A stretch of DNA of 64,000 nucleotides from a virus. The translations under genes were made by a program, and so were the position numbers. Shown in pieces: positions 8,318-17,212 of the stretch. The stretch is taken from positions 54,006 through 118,005 of the IMG/VR virus record IMGVR_UViG_3300028197_001695. One strand, given 5' to 3'. How positions within the stretch are numbered: the stretch's first letter is position 1; every line of letters begins with the position of its first letter. The notes below the pieces were generated by a model, which was not told the DNA's origin, did not search any database, and saw only the letters and a program-made list of their open reading frames with translations.

Positions 8318-8809
8318 TTGATAATGATTAACGAAGAAATAAAAGATCTGGGGGAGCAAAGACAAAACGCTCACCCTAATGGAACACCGAGGTATTATGA
8401 TGACCCAAACATCGAAGATACGATTGGAGTAAGAGGAGAAGCTGCTTTCGCCAAAAGATACGATTTAAATATCGACAAAAGAATTCTCCCAGAGGGAGAT
8501 GACCACATTGATTTTATTGTAGAAATAAATAATCAAAAAGTATCTATTGACATTAAGACTGCTCAAAAAGCCTACAATCTTCTAATTAAAGAATGGGAAA
8601 TCGATAAATGCTCAGACATCCTCGTCTTAGCTGAATATACAAATGGGAAAATTAATTTCCTTGGGTGGGAGACTAAAGAAATTATGAAACTCATGCCTAA
8701 GAAAGTTTTTTCTAGACTTAATATAAAAAACTATTATAGAAATAGAAACGATTTAAGACCAATGTCTCAACTAGATAAACTAATCCCAACCCCATCATTT
8801 TTAATATGA
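8318..8809 (+). CDS. Putative PD-(D/E)XK-fold nuclease
   Basis: GEAAFAK...DHIDF...IDIKT motif spacing. Confidence 0.5.
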   Translation: MIMINEEIKDLGEQRQNAHPNGTPRYYDDPNIEDTIGVRGEAAFAKRYDLNIDKRILPEGDDHIDFIVEINNQKVSIDIKTAQKAYNLLIKEWEIDKCSDILVLAEYTNGKINFLGWETKEIMKLMPKKVFSRLNIKNYYRNRNDLRPMSQLDKLIPTPSFLI

Positions 8810-9051
8810 GAGAAAAATTTGAGAACTGTTTAATAATAATTGGATCAATTGTAATAGGAATACCTCTTGGTATTATAGTCGGTTTGGTTTGTTGGTTTAA
8901 ATTCCCATTCCAAATATATTGGGCAGCAAGAGCGAACTTATCTTTACAAAGAATCGAGCGAGCAAAAGAAGGAATAAAAAAACACGAAACTGTAGATATC
9001 TGGGAGAACCACATGAAGAAAATGGAAGAAAAAAAATCTTATGACAACTGA
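8806..9051 (+). CDS. Small membrane protein
   Basis: Hydrophobic N-terminus LIIIGSIVIGIPLGIIVGLVCW. Confidence 0.6.
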   Translation: MREKFENCLIIIGSIVIGIPLGIIVGLVCWFKFPFQIYWAARANLSLQRIERAKEGIKKHETVDIWENHMKKMEEKKSYDN

Positions 9052-9373
9052 AGAACTATTAGAACTACATAAAGATACCTGCGATACTTGCAGGGATATT
9101 ATGAGGCGGAAAAATAACGATTATACTGGTGGAGAAAAATCCACTGATCCTTTCGCCAATTTTAACGCTGCGTCTGTGCTTGGCATTGATCCAGTACAAG
9201 GCTTACTACTTAGAGTAATCGATAAAATTCAAAGAATTAGGTCTTTTACAAACGATAAAGAATTAAAGGTAGCAAATGAAAGTGTTGAAGATGCTTGTGA
9301 TGATATCGTAAATTACGCGATATTAGCCAAGGCAATGCTTATGGAGCAAAGAAGCTGCCCAGAAATTAAGTAA
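9041..9373 (+). CDS. DUF1599/nucleotide-modification-associated alpha-helical domain protein
   Basis: RKNNDY..DPFANF..RVIDKIQRI..ESVEDACDDIVNYAIL. Confidence 0.7.
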   Translation: MTTEELLELHKDTCDTCRDIMRRKNNDYTGGEKSTDPFANFNAASVLGIDPVQGLLLRVIDKIQRIRSFTNDKELKVANESVEDACDDIVNYAILAKAMLMEQRSCPEIK

Positions 9374-9400
9374 AAACGATTAAAAATTCACCCCTCATCA

Positions 9401-9428
9401 ACCTACTCCTACGGGAGTGGGTTTTTTT
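9401..9428 (+). terminator. Intrinsic terminator
   Basis: ACCTACTCC-TACG-GGAGTGGGT followed by a T run. Confidence 0.85.
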
Positions 9429-9434
9429 GTGTAA
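9429..9434 (+). promoter_or_regulatory. GTGTAA motif (putative late promoter)
   Basis: 8 nt before ATG 9443, immediately after the terminator. Confidence 0.65.
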
Positions 9435-9442
9435 CATAAGGT

Positions 9443-10315
9443 ATGCCTTCTGTAACGAGAGTCCACTCCCATGAGAGTCAAATATATATTGATAATACTT
9501 TGATAAAAGGAGTTCAATCTTTTAGCTACGACAATCCAAAAAATGTTCAAGAGCTAAGGCGACTTGGGTCTTACAAACAAGAAGATTATATTTTAACAGC
9601 AGATCAACCTATTGATACTTCTATAGATTTTATAGTTAATGATCATGTTCTAGACAAGGATGGGAACTACTTGAAGTTTTTGAGTTCAGATGAGTCTAGT
9701 ATAAAACTAAAAGATGCTACTGCTGAAACCACTTTCAATAAAGCAAATCTCACAAACTTTTCATTGGATTTTACCGTCGGAGAATTCGCTATAGGCAAAT
9801 ATGGATATCAGTGTGATTCCTTGTCTGTAGATTCGTCAGAGTCATATGAAGATGCAGATATAGATTCTTCTAAAATAAATATTTTCCGCCCACAAGATAT
9901 AACTCTTACCACAAGCCTAGCTGAAGGAATAAATTCTACAGACTATCCCATTCAATCTGCTTCCATTTCCGTAGGTATAGAGAGAAGACCCACAATCAGA
10001 GTCGGAGAACGAGGAGCGAAAAGAAGATACCCTGTATTACCAGCACAAGGATCTTTAAATATATCTATTCTTAAAAATAAAGTTGAAGAGACTTTAGATT
10101 TATCAAGCTTAGTCGCTAAAAAAGGAAACTTTACTTTTGTAATATCAGAGACTGCTTTGGGTTCTGCTTCTACAAATCCAAATTTAAATATAAAAGTTCA
10201 CAATTGTTTCTTAAATTCTGTAAGCCATTCTCATTCTTTAGACGATAATGCACTATTGGAATTTTCTTATACATTTCCGATTTCAAACGATGCCATCGAA
10301 TATTATTTTTCGTAA
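9443..10315 (+). CDS. Putative tail tube-like structural protein
   Basis: Beta-rich; IKGVQSFSYD..ELRRLG pattern with a second similar half; resemblance only. Confidence 0.45.
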   Translation: MPSVTRVHSHESQIYIDNTLIKGVQSFSYDNPKNVQELRRLGSYKQEDYILTADQPIDTSIDFIVNDHVLDKDGNYLKFLSSDESSIKLKDATAETTFNKANLTNFSLDFTVGEFAIGKYGYQCDSLSVDSSESYEDADIDSSKINIFRPQDITLTTSLAEGINSTDYPIQSASISVGIERRPTIRVGERGAKRRYPVLPAQGSLNISILKNKVEETLDLSSLVAKKGNFTFVISETALGSASTNPNLNIKVHNCFLNSVSHSHSLDDNALLEFSYTFPISNDAIEYYFS

Positions 10316-10370
10316 GCCAATTCGCCCCCTCCTTATTTGGCAAAATCCTGTTTAAACTTGGGACTTTTTA

Positions 10371-10376
10371 GTGTAA
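10371..10376 (+). promoter_or_regulatory. GTGTAA motif (putative late promoter)
   Basis: 8 nt before ATG 10385. Confidence 0.65.
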
Positions 10377-10384
10377 AATATAAT

Positions 10385-10912
10385 ATGCCATTGCCAACGC
10401 CCAATAATGGAGAAAAAAAATCTAAATTTGTCAGCCGCTGCATCATAGATCTTTCAGACAAAAAAGAATTTAAGGATGACAAACAAAGATCCGCTGTTTG
10501 TTATTCTCAATTTGAGAAAGCTGAAAGCAAAGCTTCTGTGATTATTAGCGACCCGCTAAATGAAGAGGACTGTATCTTATTTTTTTCCAAAGCATCTCCT
10601 GATGTAAAAAAACATTACTTCAAAACAAAAGAAGAAGCGATGAAGGATGCTGAAAAGATGGGACTCAAAGGTATCCACCCTCACGAAACAAAAGATGGCA
10701 AGACTTTATATATGGCTGGACCAGATCATGAAACATTTATGAAGCGTCATGACGAGATCCTAAAAGAAAAAGAGAAATCTGATAGTAGTCTCTGGGAGAA
10801 TATAAGAAAGAAAAAAGAAAGAATCAAGAGGGGTTCTGGAGAGAAGATGAAGAAAAAGGGTGATAAAGGAGCACCAACATCTGATCAAATAGAAAAAGCG
10901 AAAGGGAAATAA
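10385..10912 (+). CDS. Basic mosaic phage protein (start revised to ATG 10385)
   Basis: LPTP..EKKSKFVSRC and LWENIRKKKERIKRGSGEKMKKKGDKGAP micro-motifs recalled from aquatic phages. Confidence 0.65.
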   Translation: MPLPTPNNGEKKSKFVSRCIIDLSDKKEFKDDKQRSAVCYSQFEKAESKASVIISDPLNEEDCILFFSKASPDVKKHYFKTKEEAMKDAEKMGLKGIHPHETKDGKTLYMAGPDHETFMKRHDEILKEKEKSDSSLWENIRKKKERIKRGSGEKMKKKGDKGAPTSDQIEKAKGK

Positions 10913-10933
10913 TCTAGCGTCTTTAATTGACAA

Positions 10934-11185
10934 CTAGAAAGACTGCTTTCTTAAGGTCTTAAAGATATCATAAAGGCACTGATCCTTTTTAGTAGCTTCT
11001 CTAACCTTATTCTTTAATTCAAAAGAATGTGAGGTATGGGCTATCTCTCTTTTAATGACCCAACCATCTTCAATAAAATAATCTGTATCCCATTTAAATA
11101 TCTCTGAAATATAATCCAAAGCAATCAAATGTCTCTGAGCTTCTGAGATCTCAATCTCTACTGTTTGCTTACCTGTTATTTTCAT
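10934..11185 (-). CDS. Hypothetical protein
   Basis: ORF preceded by GTGTAA at 11195-11200 (9 nt spacing). Confidence 0.6.
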   Translation of the reverse strand: MKITGKQTVEIEISEAQRHLIALDYISEIFKWDTDYFIEDGWVIKREIAHTSHSFELKNKVREATKKDQCLYDIFKTLRKQSF

Positions 11186-11208
11186 GAACTTTTATTACAC
11201 TATTTATT

Positions 11209-11472
11209 TTAAAATTCAAAAAATGATTCTTCAATTCCACCCATAATATTGTCCTCGTTTACTGGACATTCGCTCAGAATATCACATAACATTTCATTTT
11301 CCTCTTCTGTAGGTTGTTCGGAGTCATTAAGTATCTTCTGAAATCTTTCTATAGAACCAAAGTTATCAATAATATCTCCGTCCTCCAACTCATAAGTGCG
11401 AACTTGCTGAAGTGAGCGAAGTTCAATCTTTTTTATTTCCATAATCTTTAAATTAAGGAGAGGGTTACTCAA
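11209..11472 (-). CDS. Hypothetical acidic protein
   Basis: ORF. Confidence 0.55.
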   Translation of the reverse strand: MSNPLLNLKIMEIKKIELRSLQQVRTYELEDGDIIDNFGSIERFQKILNDSEQPTEEENEMLCDILSECPVNEDNIMGGIEESFFEF

Positions 11473-11899
11473 GAATTATTTCACCAGAGAAGACTTTTTT
11501 CCCTAGCTCATTCCCTCCCTCTATCCTATTACCATTTGATAAAAAAGCTCTAAATCTGCGGAACTTCTTTCCGTTTTCCCAGATAAGAGACATTTGTTTC
11601 TCTCCGTTCGGATACCAACTGTCGAAAGGACCGTGGAGCTTACCTTTGTAAACCCCAGCCTTTGCCATCATCGCTCCATTGATGTAGTATCTTACAGAAG
11701 TGCCAGAGAATTTATCCTTTTCTGCCATATTAATAGAAGTATAAAAAGTATTTGTATCTATGTCAATAAATAACTCCTCCGCTTTTACTGTTGGGCCTTC
11801 TGGATAATCTGCACCTCTATTGACATACGCCTCTACTCCATATTTAAATAATAGAGATAGAATTAAACAGGCGAATGATATTTTTAATAATTTGTTCAT
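11465..11899 (-). CDS. Exported MORN-variant repeat protein
   Basis: N-terminal signal/TM segment; GKLHGPFDSWYPNGEK repeat. Confidence 0.65.
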   Translation of the reverse strand: MNKLLKISFACLILSLLFKYGVEAYVNRGADYPEGPTVKAEELFIDIDTNTFYTSINMAEKDKFSGTSVRYYINGAMMAKAGVYKGKLHGPFDSWYPNGEKQMSLIWENGKKFRRFRAFLSNGNRIEGGNELGKKVFSGEIILE

Positions 11900-11902
11900 A
11901 CT

Positions 11903-12520
11903 TTAATAACCCCAACTATTTAAGGTGTGCTGAAAAGGATTATCCTTTATACCCTTAACCAAGTCAAGCATTTTCTCTGCTATTTCTTTAATTTCTTTTT
12001 GAGCGTGTTCACTTTTGCGTAATTTAATAAAGTTTGCAAAGCTACGCATGTTAAATTGTACATCGGCTTGAATGCGACTATTATAGGTCTTAAAGAAACG
12101 TGCAGATTCTTTTGCTCGTTTGCGACCCAACTCTGGTTCAAGATCAGCAAGACATTTATGGTAAAGTCTATTACCGTCTTCAGTATATTGTTTCAATTGT
12201 TGTTGCCAGAAATCTGGCCAATCATCAGGGATAAAAGTTTTATCCTCTTTCAATTCTTTGTATCGCGCCGATTCTGCATTAAGCGAAGATAATCTATGCT
12301 TAAGTAAATGAATATGACTGGCAATATCACAATCAACAAGAAAATGAATGCTACCTTTTTCAAAGGGTGTTTCATGTCCGTGGCTCCAAAGCATGTTGAT
12401 GAGCTTCGGAATTCTCTCTCTTTTCTTTTCATCTAGGTCTCTCGAAGTCGATGTCCAAGCACTACAAGCAATAACTTCATCACTACCATAGTGTCCTAAT
12501 AATTCTACTGTATTTTCCAT
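11903..12520 (-). CDS. thyX: FAD-dependent thymidylate synthase
   Basis: GHETPFE, KHRLSSLNAESARY (RHRxxSxNxxSxRY variant), RAKESARF, AQKEI. Confidence 0.92.
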   Translation of the reverse strand: MENTVELLGHYGSDEVIACSAWTSTSRDLDEKKRERIPKLINMLWSHGHETPFEKGSIHFLVDCDIASHIHLLKHRLSSLNAESARYKELKEDKTFIPDDWPDFWQQQLKQYTEDGNRLYHKCLADLEPELGRKRAKESARFFKTYNSRIQADVQFNMRSFANFIKLRKSEHAQKEIKEIAEKMLDLVKGIKDNPFQHTLNSWGY

Positions 12521-12530
12521 TTTTTTTCAA

Positions 12531-13301
12531 TTAAAAAGTCGAAGGATCTGCCATCACAAAAGTAGAAGGCACGATCTTCCTGACAAAGAGATACCCATTT
12601 TTACGATAAGTGTCAACCATTCCTTCACTAATTTTCTTAAAAGCTCTTGGATTCCTGTCTGCATTGCCAGTCGGATCTTTCCTTATACTCCAATCAGAAT
12701 AAGTTGTAGCTTGCCCCATGTCAAAATCCATCCCCAGCTCTTTAGCTATCGCCCAAAAATAAAACTCATCAGCGAAAATAACCTTATTCTTCACAAAATA
12801 CTTAGACCAATGATCAAAAGTTTCTACAAACTTAATGACATCTTCTCTACGACAAGCAAAAAATTGACAAACTGCGTTATACTTATCGAACTTGTAATCT
12901 TTGACTCCCTCCTTTAAAACTTTCTGACTTTTTACTTTCGTGTGAAAGCTAAAGTGTTTCGCAAAAGTCATTTTTTTATACCTTTTTTTAATCAGATTTA
13001 CTGTAGAGTCTAAATCATACAAAGGAAAATGAGAATCGCTAATCAAAGTAAAGTATTCGTTTGATTCATCTTCCAAAGCTGCTTTCATTAATTCTATAGT
13101 AGCTTCAACTAATGAGAAGTGACCCCAAGCTGTTGGGACAGTATTTTCTATATGATAGTCAGAGAAAAGACTTGGGGCATCAAACTTCGGATGTAAATAC
13201 AAATTAAATGTATCTTTACTACCACCGTCGATAAATTTTTTCCAAATATTATTTTGGGTAAATGAATTTATAGTTAGATTTAAGAAAGCGACTTTTCCCA
13301 T
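12531..13301 (-). CDS. GT14/Core-2/I-branching-like glycosyltransferase
   Basis: KVAFLNL, TAWGHFSLVEA, YFTLISDSHFPL, ADEFYF, YLFVRK. Confidence 0.75.
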   Translation of the reverse strand: MGKVAFLNLTINSFTQNNIWKKFIDGGSKDTFNLYLHPKFDAPSLFSDYHIENTVPTAWGHFSLVEATIELMKAALEDESNEYFTLISDSHFPLYDLDSTVNLIKKRYKKMTFAKHFSFHTKVKSQKVLKEGVKDYKFDKYNAVCQFFACRREDVIKFVETFDHWSKYFVKNKVIFADEFYFWAIAKELGMDFDMGQATTYSDWSIRKDPTGNADRNPRAFKKISEGMVDTYRKNGYLFVRKIVPSTFVMADPSTF

Positions 13302-13348
13302 TTATTTAATGATTCTAGTGTATTATAATTATATAACTCAATTATACT

Positions 13349-13705
13349 ATGGATAATTTCGGAAATCCCTTACAAAGTCAGGCTAGCATCAATGATGCTG
13401 GAGAAATGGAAGTCACCATCGCTAAGAAGTATTCTCAAGCAGAGGCTGGAGTTTACAAGTCTTACATGAGCATGTGCGCGATGGAAGATAAAACATTTAC
13501 AGATACTGCTGGGATGGGAGACAAAGAGACTTATAGTGCTTGTGCAGTACAATATGGTAAAATGCGAGCTATGATGATGGACGATAGCAAGGGAGAACTT
13601 ACCGAAAAGCAAAAGAAGCTTCCTCCTGCACTCCGGAATAAAATCATCGAAAAGATGAAAAAAGAGGGAAAGAACAAGGAAGAAGAGAAAGAAGAAAAAG
13701 AATAA
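13349..13705 (+). CDS. Hypothetical phage protein
   Basis: LTEKQKKLPPAL motif; GTGTAT 25 nt upstream (13318-13323). Confidence 0.6.
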   Translation: MDNFGNPLQSQASINDAGEMEVTIAKKYSQAEAGVYKSYMSMCAMEDKTFTDTAGMGDKETYSACAVQYGKMRAMMMDDSKGELTEKQKKLPPALRNKIIEKMKKEGKNKEEEKEEKE

Positions 13706-13740
13706 TTGATTTTTATATATTTTTTCTATAAAATCTTTTA

Positions 13741-14040
13741 GTGAAAACGATTGTTAAAAAGAAATTAGAAATCGAAACCAAAAGGCATGATTTCGATAAC
13801 GAATTTGCTTACATCGAAACGTGGCATAATACTCAACTAAAAGATTGTTTTTTCGCAGAAAAACAATTCCTCTGGCCTGATGGGAGCCTGAAGGCTGGAG
13901 GTAAAAAATATTTTTTAGGTAGAAACCCAGACTGGCCCGAAAAAGAAATTCAATGTATTAACTACAATAATTTCAATCACTTTGATCATCTTTACCATTT
14001 GGGAGAAAATGGAGAGGTCATAAACATTCTTCATATATGA
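13741..14040 (+). CDS. Hypothetical protein
   Basis: ORF. Confidence 0.5.
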   Translation: MKTIVKKKLEIETKRHDFDNEFAYIETWHNTQLKDCFFAEKQFLWPDGSLKAGGKKYFLGRNPDWPEKEIQCINYNNFNHFDHLYHLGENGEVINILHI

Positions 14041-14708
14041 GCGACACATTCCATATACTGTCTACTCCACCAGACAGTCCAGCATTTGACTTTCAGGCTA
14101 CGCCTTTTATGCCCAAAATAGAGTTTACTGGCCTCAGCTCCGATGCACAGAAACAATATGAAGTAAAATTTAATAAAGCTTTTATTTTTGATTATGCTTC
14201 GGCGGGTAAAAGGATTGAAGTTACTGGATTAACACAGGAGATTGATGATGGTTCAGAATCTTTTAGCCTAAAAATTGAATTCAATCATCAAGATGGAGCA
14301 ATTTTAAACGCAGGAATTGAGAAGGGCGCAGGAGGTAGCTCCACATTTGAAAACCTTACAGCTCAAAGCGATATAGTCGGAGAAGAAACGTTCCCAATCG
14401 ACCCAGCCGAATATCGTTTAGAATTAGCTGAATTTAGTGCTGGGAACCTTTCACAATTATACATAAGAGAAAACATCCACTTACATCTCAGGGGTCATTA
14501 CCAAAAGTTTGACGAATTTCAAACTTCAGAAAACGCGGTTGGAGTCGGTCATGGGGTTATGGACCCGCTTAATTCTAGCTTTGCTAATGGCAATATCCAA
14601 TATAGAGCAATAGCGGAAGACCCAAGAGAAAATAATGACTTAGAAATACGAACAGATGGAAATAATATTTACTTCTTCGTTGAGGGAGAATCCTCCGGAT
14701 CTTCTTAA
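14037..14708 (+). CDS. Hypothetical protein (possibly structural)
   Basis: ORF overlapping the upstream stop. Confidence 0.55.
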   Translation: MSDTFHILSTPPDSPAFDFQATPFMPKIEFTGLSSDAQKQYEVKFNKAFIFDYASAGKRIEVTGLTQEIDDGSESFSLKIEFNHQDGAILNAGIEKGAGGSSTFENLTAQSDIVGEETFPIDPAEYRLELAEFSAGNLSQLYIRENIHLHLRGHYQKFDEFQTSENAVGVGHGVMDPLNSSFANGNIQYRAIAEDPRENNDLEIRTDGNNIYFFVEGESSGSS

Positions 14709-15013
14709 AAATAAAGTTCATCAAAGAACCTATTTCCATTGTAAGCTTTGTCATCAATCCAAAAGTCATATGCTGGTTTATCTGTCCTTAACTCAGTATA
14801 TTTGACTCCCCACTCTTCAAGCTGCTTTTTTGTAAACTCTAACCAATCTTTCCCCGAGTTCGCTCCTCTTGCAGTCCAATAGGTAATTCTATTACCACCA
14901 TCAAATAAGCTATTAAAATACTCAATACGAGTTCTCATAGGTCGAGCTAATTCATATTTGCCCCGACTATCTGTACAAATAGTCCCATCAATGTCTACAA
15001 TAAAAGTTCTCAT
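14705..15013 (-). CDS. Small HAD phosphatase (capsule-biosynthesis phosphatase-like)
   Basis: DIDGTIC motif I, WTARG motif II, KP..DFWIDDK motifs III/IV. Confidence 0.8.
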   Translation of the reverse strand: MRTFIVDIDGTICTDSRGKYELARPMRTRIEYFNSLFDGGNRITYWTARGANSGKDWLEFTKKQLEEWGVKYTELRTDKPAYDFWIDDKAYNGNRFFDELYF

Positions 15014-15486
15014 AATTTTTTAATTTTTCCAATAATTTTTGTCGCACTTATATCTTCAGAAAAAGGAATGAAACGCACCTCTGTTTGACCACAGGATGCC
15101 TTCTCAGCAGGGTTTAGGGTTGCAACGCTATAGTCTCCACCTTTATACCAACGAGAGGGCTTAAAGTGTCTTAGGTAGCCAGAAACCGTTGGTTCATTAA
15201 ACACAAAAACATAATCAACACACTCATTACAAGCCACAAGAAAGGCTCTCTGTTCTTGACTAATAATGGGTCTTTCTTGGCCTTTATTCTCCCTAACACT
15301 TTCATCTCCATTCACGCCAACAACTAAACTGTAATCACAAGGTAAATCTTCCTTGATTGATTTTAGAAGGTCTGCGTGACCTGCATGAAATAAGTCAAAG
15401 CAACCGTTTGTAAAAGCCATCTTTTCCATCCCCATCGAGAAGCGGTGCATGATCGTAGATGTATCAACTATTTTAGGGTGATTCAT
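15010..15486 (-). CDS. Heptose-1-phosphate adenylyltransferase (HldE/RfaE domain II, stand-alone)
   Basis: FTNGCFDLFHAGH, VGVNGDESVRENKGQERPI, KGGDY, SATKII. Confidence 0.85.
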   Translation of the reverse strand: MNHPKIVDTSTIMHRFSMGMEKMAFTNGCFDLFHAGHADLLKSIKEDLPCDYSLVVGVNGDESVRENKGQERPIISQEQRAFLVACNECVDYVFVFNEPTVSGYLRHFKPSRWYKGGDYSVATLNPAEKASCGQTEVRFIPFSEDISATKIIGKIKKL

Positions 15487-16229
15487 ATTGTTGCTGTCCC
15501 AGCTTTACTGACAACAATGCTACAGCAAGTCTGAGCGTAGTCAATAGCTGAATCCATGTCTTGATTAAATAAATAATTAGTCGCGAAAGCAGTAAGGAAA
15601 GTATCTCCAGCACCACTCACATCCCTTACTTGAGCCACAGATTTTAAAGGGTATTTCTTTCCCCTGAACCTACACCCGTTACTCCCTAAAGTAACAATGA
15701 GGTTTTCCATCCCTATACCTTTAAATCCATTCTCCTTATATTCCTTTTCGTTAATTTTGATAAAATCAAACGAATTGGCCCATTTAGGGTTATATTTCTT
15801 TTTTGTATCTAAGAAAGACAATTGAGAGTTATCTGCAATATATTTTAAATCTCTGTCTGTCAGGTATCCCTTGTTATAATCAGAAACTATTACAGCGTCA
15901 TAAGACCACACGCTTGCTTCGCGCAACTTTAATTTATTAATCTCTTCATACTCATCTGAATCAACCCGCAAAAACATTTGATTAGAATTGGAGTCAATGT
16001 ATCTAACCTTCGCTCCAGTGCTTTGATTGCTTTTAATATCTACTTCTGCTTTTTCGCCTAAATTGTTAAGGCAAGCAAGAACATTTCTATGGACGTTTGA
16101 AGCCATACCCATGAAAGTAACTGAGTTCTCCTGCTTGAAAACAGGAACTGGAGCTTCTGGGCATAATCTATCAGCAGACCCATAAGTAAAAATATCTAAG
16201 CAGGACTCTCCGATAATTAATATTTTCAT
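15483..16229 (-). CDS. Heptose-7-phosphate kinase (HldE/RfaE domain I, PfkB family)
   Basis: IGESCLD, RLCPEAPVPV, VSDYNKGYL, DVSGAGDTF. Confidence 0.88.
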   Translation of the reverse strand: MKILIIGESCLDIFTYGSADRLCPEAPVPVFKQENSVTFMGMASNVHRNVLACLNNLGEKAEVDIKSNQSTGAKVRYIDSNSNQMFLRVDSDEYEEINKLKLREASVWSYDAVIVSDYNKGYLTDRDLKYIADNSQLSFLDTKKKYNPKWANSFDFIKINEKEYKENGFKGIGMENLIVTLGSNGCRFRGKKYPLKSVAQVRDVSGAGDTFLTAFATNYLFNQDMDSAIDYAQTCCSIVVSKAGTATI

Positions 16230-16600
16230 TTTTGTGAATCTCCTTTTTGGATTCTATAAGAATCATATTCAAAATGTTGAGTGCTAACTTCAAAAACTTT
16301 AGAATCCTCTAGAGCTATAAGCTTGTGAGGAATACATGGTCGCAAATGAACAGTGTCCCCCTCATTTAATTCAACAACCTTGTCTCCTGCATCACTCAAG
16401 TCATAATACTTCAAAAGCAATGCTCCTTCTATAACAGCCCAAGTTTCCTCTTTCTTGATATGATAATGCATAGAAAATTCAGCCCCCTTGTTGAACTTCA
16501 AAATCTTACCACAATACAAGTCATTATTTGTGATCCAAACTTCTTCCCCCCATCCTTTAGGGTGTTTTTGGACTTTTGAAAATACAGGCTCTAACTTCAT
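16226..16600 (-). CDS. Cupin (sugar isomerase/epimerase-like)
   Basis: KGWGEEVW, FSMHYHIKKEETW, PHKL. Confidence 0.75.
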   Translation of the reverse strand: MKLEPVFSKVQKHPKGWGEEVWITNNDLYCGKILKFNKGAEFSMHYHIKKEETWAVIEGALLLKYYDLSDAGDKVVELNEGDTVHLRPCIPHKLIALEDSKVFEVSTQHFEYDSYRIQKGDSQK

Positions 16601-16606
16601 TGACTA

Positions 16607-16634
16607 ATTTTAGCTAGAATACATGAAAATTCAA
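16607..16634 (-). promoter_or_regulatory. sigma70-like leaderless promoter for the heptose operon
   Basis: TTGAAT-16-TAAAAT-6 nt-ATG(16600). Confidence 0.65.
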
Positions 16635-16645
16635 GAGCTAATAAT

Positions 16646-16674
16646 AAAAAAACCGTCCTTGCGGGACGGTTTTT
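16646..16674. terminator. Bidirectional intrinsic terminator
   Basis: AAAAAAACCGTCC-TTGCG-GGACGGTTTTT. Confidence 0.85.
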
Positions 16675-16692
16675 AAATGATTTAAATTTGTT

Positions 16693-16806
16693 TTATTTTT
16701 CTTTTCGCTCTTCTTCAGCTTTTCTCTTTTCTTTAGCTTCGACTTGATGAGCGATAGCAAAGTAACAGAAAAAAGATGTAATAGCGGATATAAGAATTAA
16801 CTTCAT
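16693..16806 (-). CDS. Small membrane/exported peptide (37 aa, below cutoff)
   Basis: MKLILISAITSFFCYFAIAHQVEAKEKRKAEEERKEK. Confidence 0.55.
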   Translation of the reverse strand: MKLILISAITSFFCYFAIAHQVEAKEKRKAEEERKEK

Positions 16807-16838
16807 TGCTTAATTACTAAAATTAAGACATGACGCTC

Positions 16839-17033
16839 TTATTTTTTATCTCCCTTGTCTTTCGCTTTACCAATATTGACACTAAGGAAGTCAACGAGCT
16901 TGTATGCTTTAGCAAGGATAGTTCCTTCTTTGGGGGTGGGAGTTAAAGCTGCGAATGCGCTAGCAGCTGCGATAACAGCACAAGCCCAATTAAACCACGC
17001 TTGACCTTCGACGAATTGAATAAGTGTTTCCAT
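16839..17033 (-). CDS. Small membrane protein, holin-like
   Basis: One TM + ALTPTPK + basic tail; GTGTAA 25 nt upstream (17059-17064). Confidence 0.5.
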   Translation of the reverse strand: METLIQFVEGQAWFNWACAVIAAASAFAALTPTPKEGTILAKAYKLVDFLSVNIGKAKDKGDKK

Positions 17034-17083
17034 AGCAATATTTTGTTTCTACAGCTTATTACACTAAACGAAAAAACAGGGAA

Positions 17084-17212
17084 TTATCTGCCCTGCCCTC
17101 TATAGGGCTTTTTGTAGTTTTTGGAGCTTTTAATCTTAGAAGTCTTGCTTTTAGCATGTATGCCTTTACGTCTAATCTTCTTTTTTGCTTCGTAAGTATT
17201 TAATTTTTTCAT
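17084..17212 (-). CDS. Small very basic phage peptide ending YRGQGR (42 aa, below cutoff)
   Basis: MKKLNTYEAKKKIRRKGIHAKSKTSKIKSSKNYKKPYRGQGR; TAATG coupling to the upstream gene. Confidence 0.7.
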   Translation of the reverse strand: MKKLNTYEAKKKIRRKGIHAKSKTSKIKSSKNYKKPYRGQGR

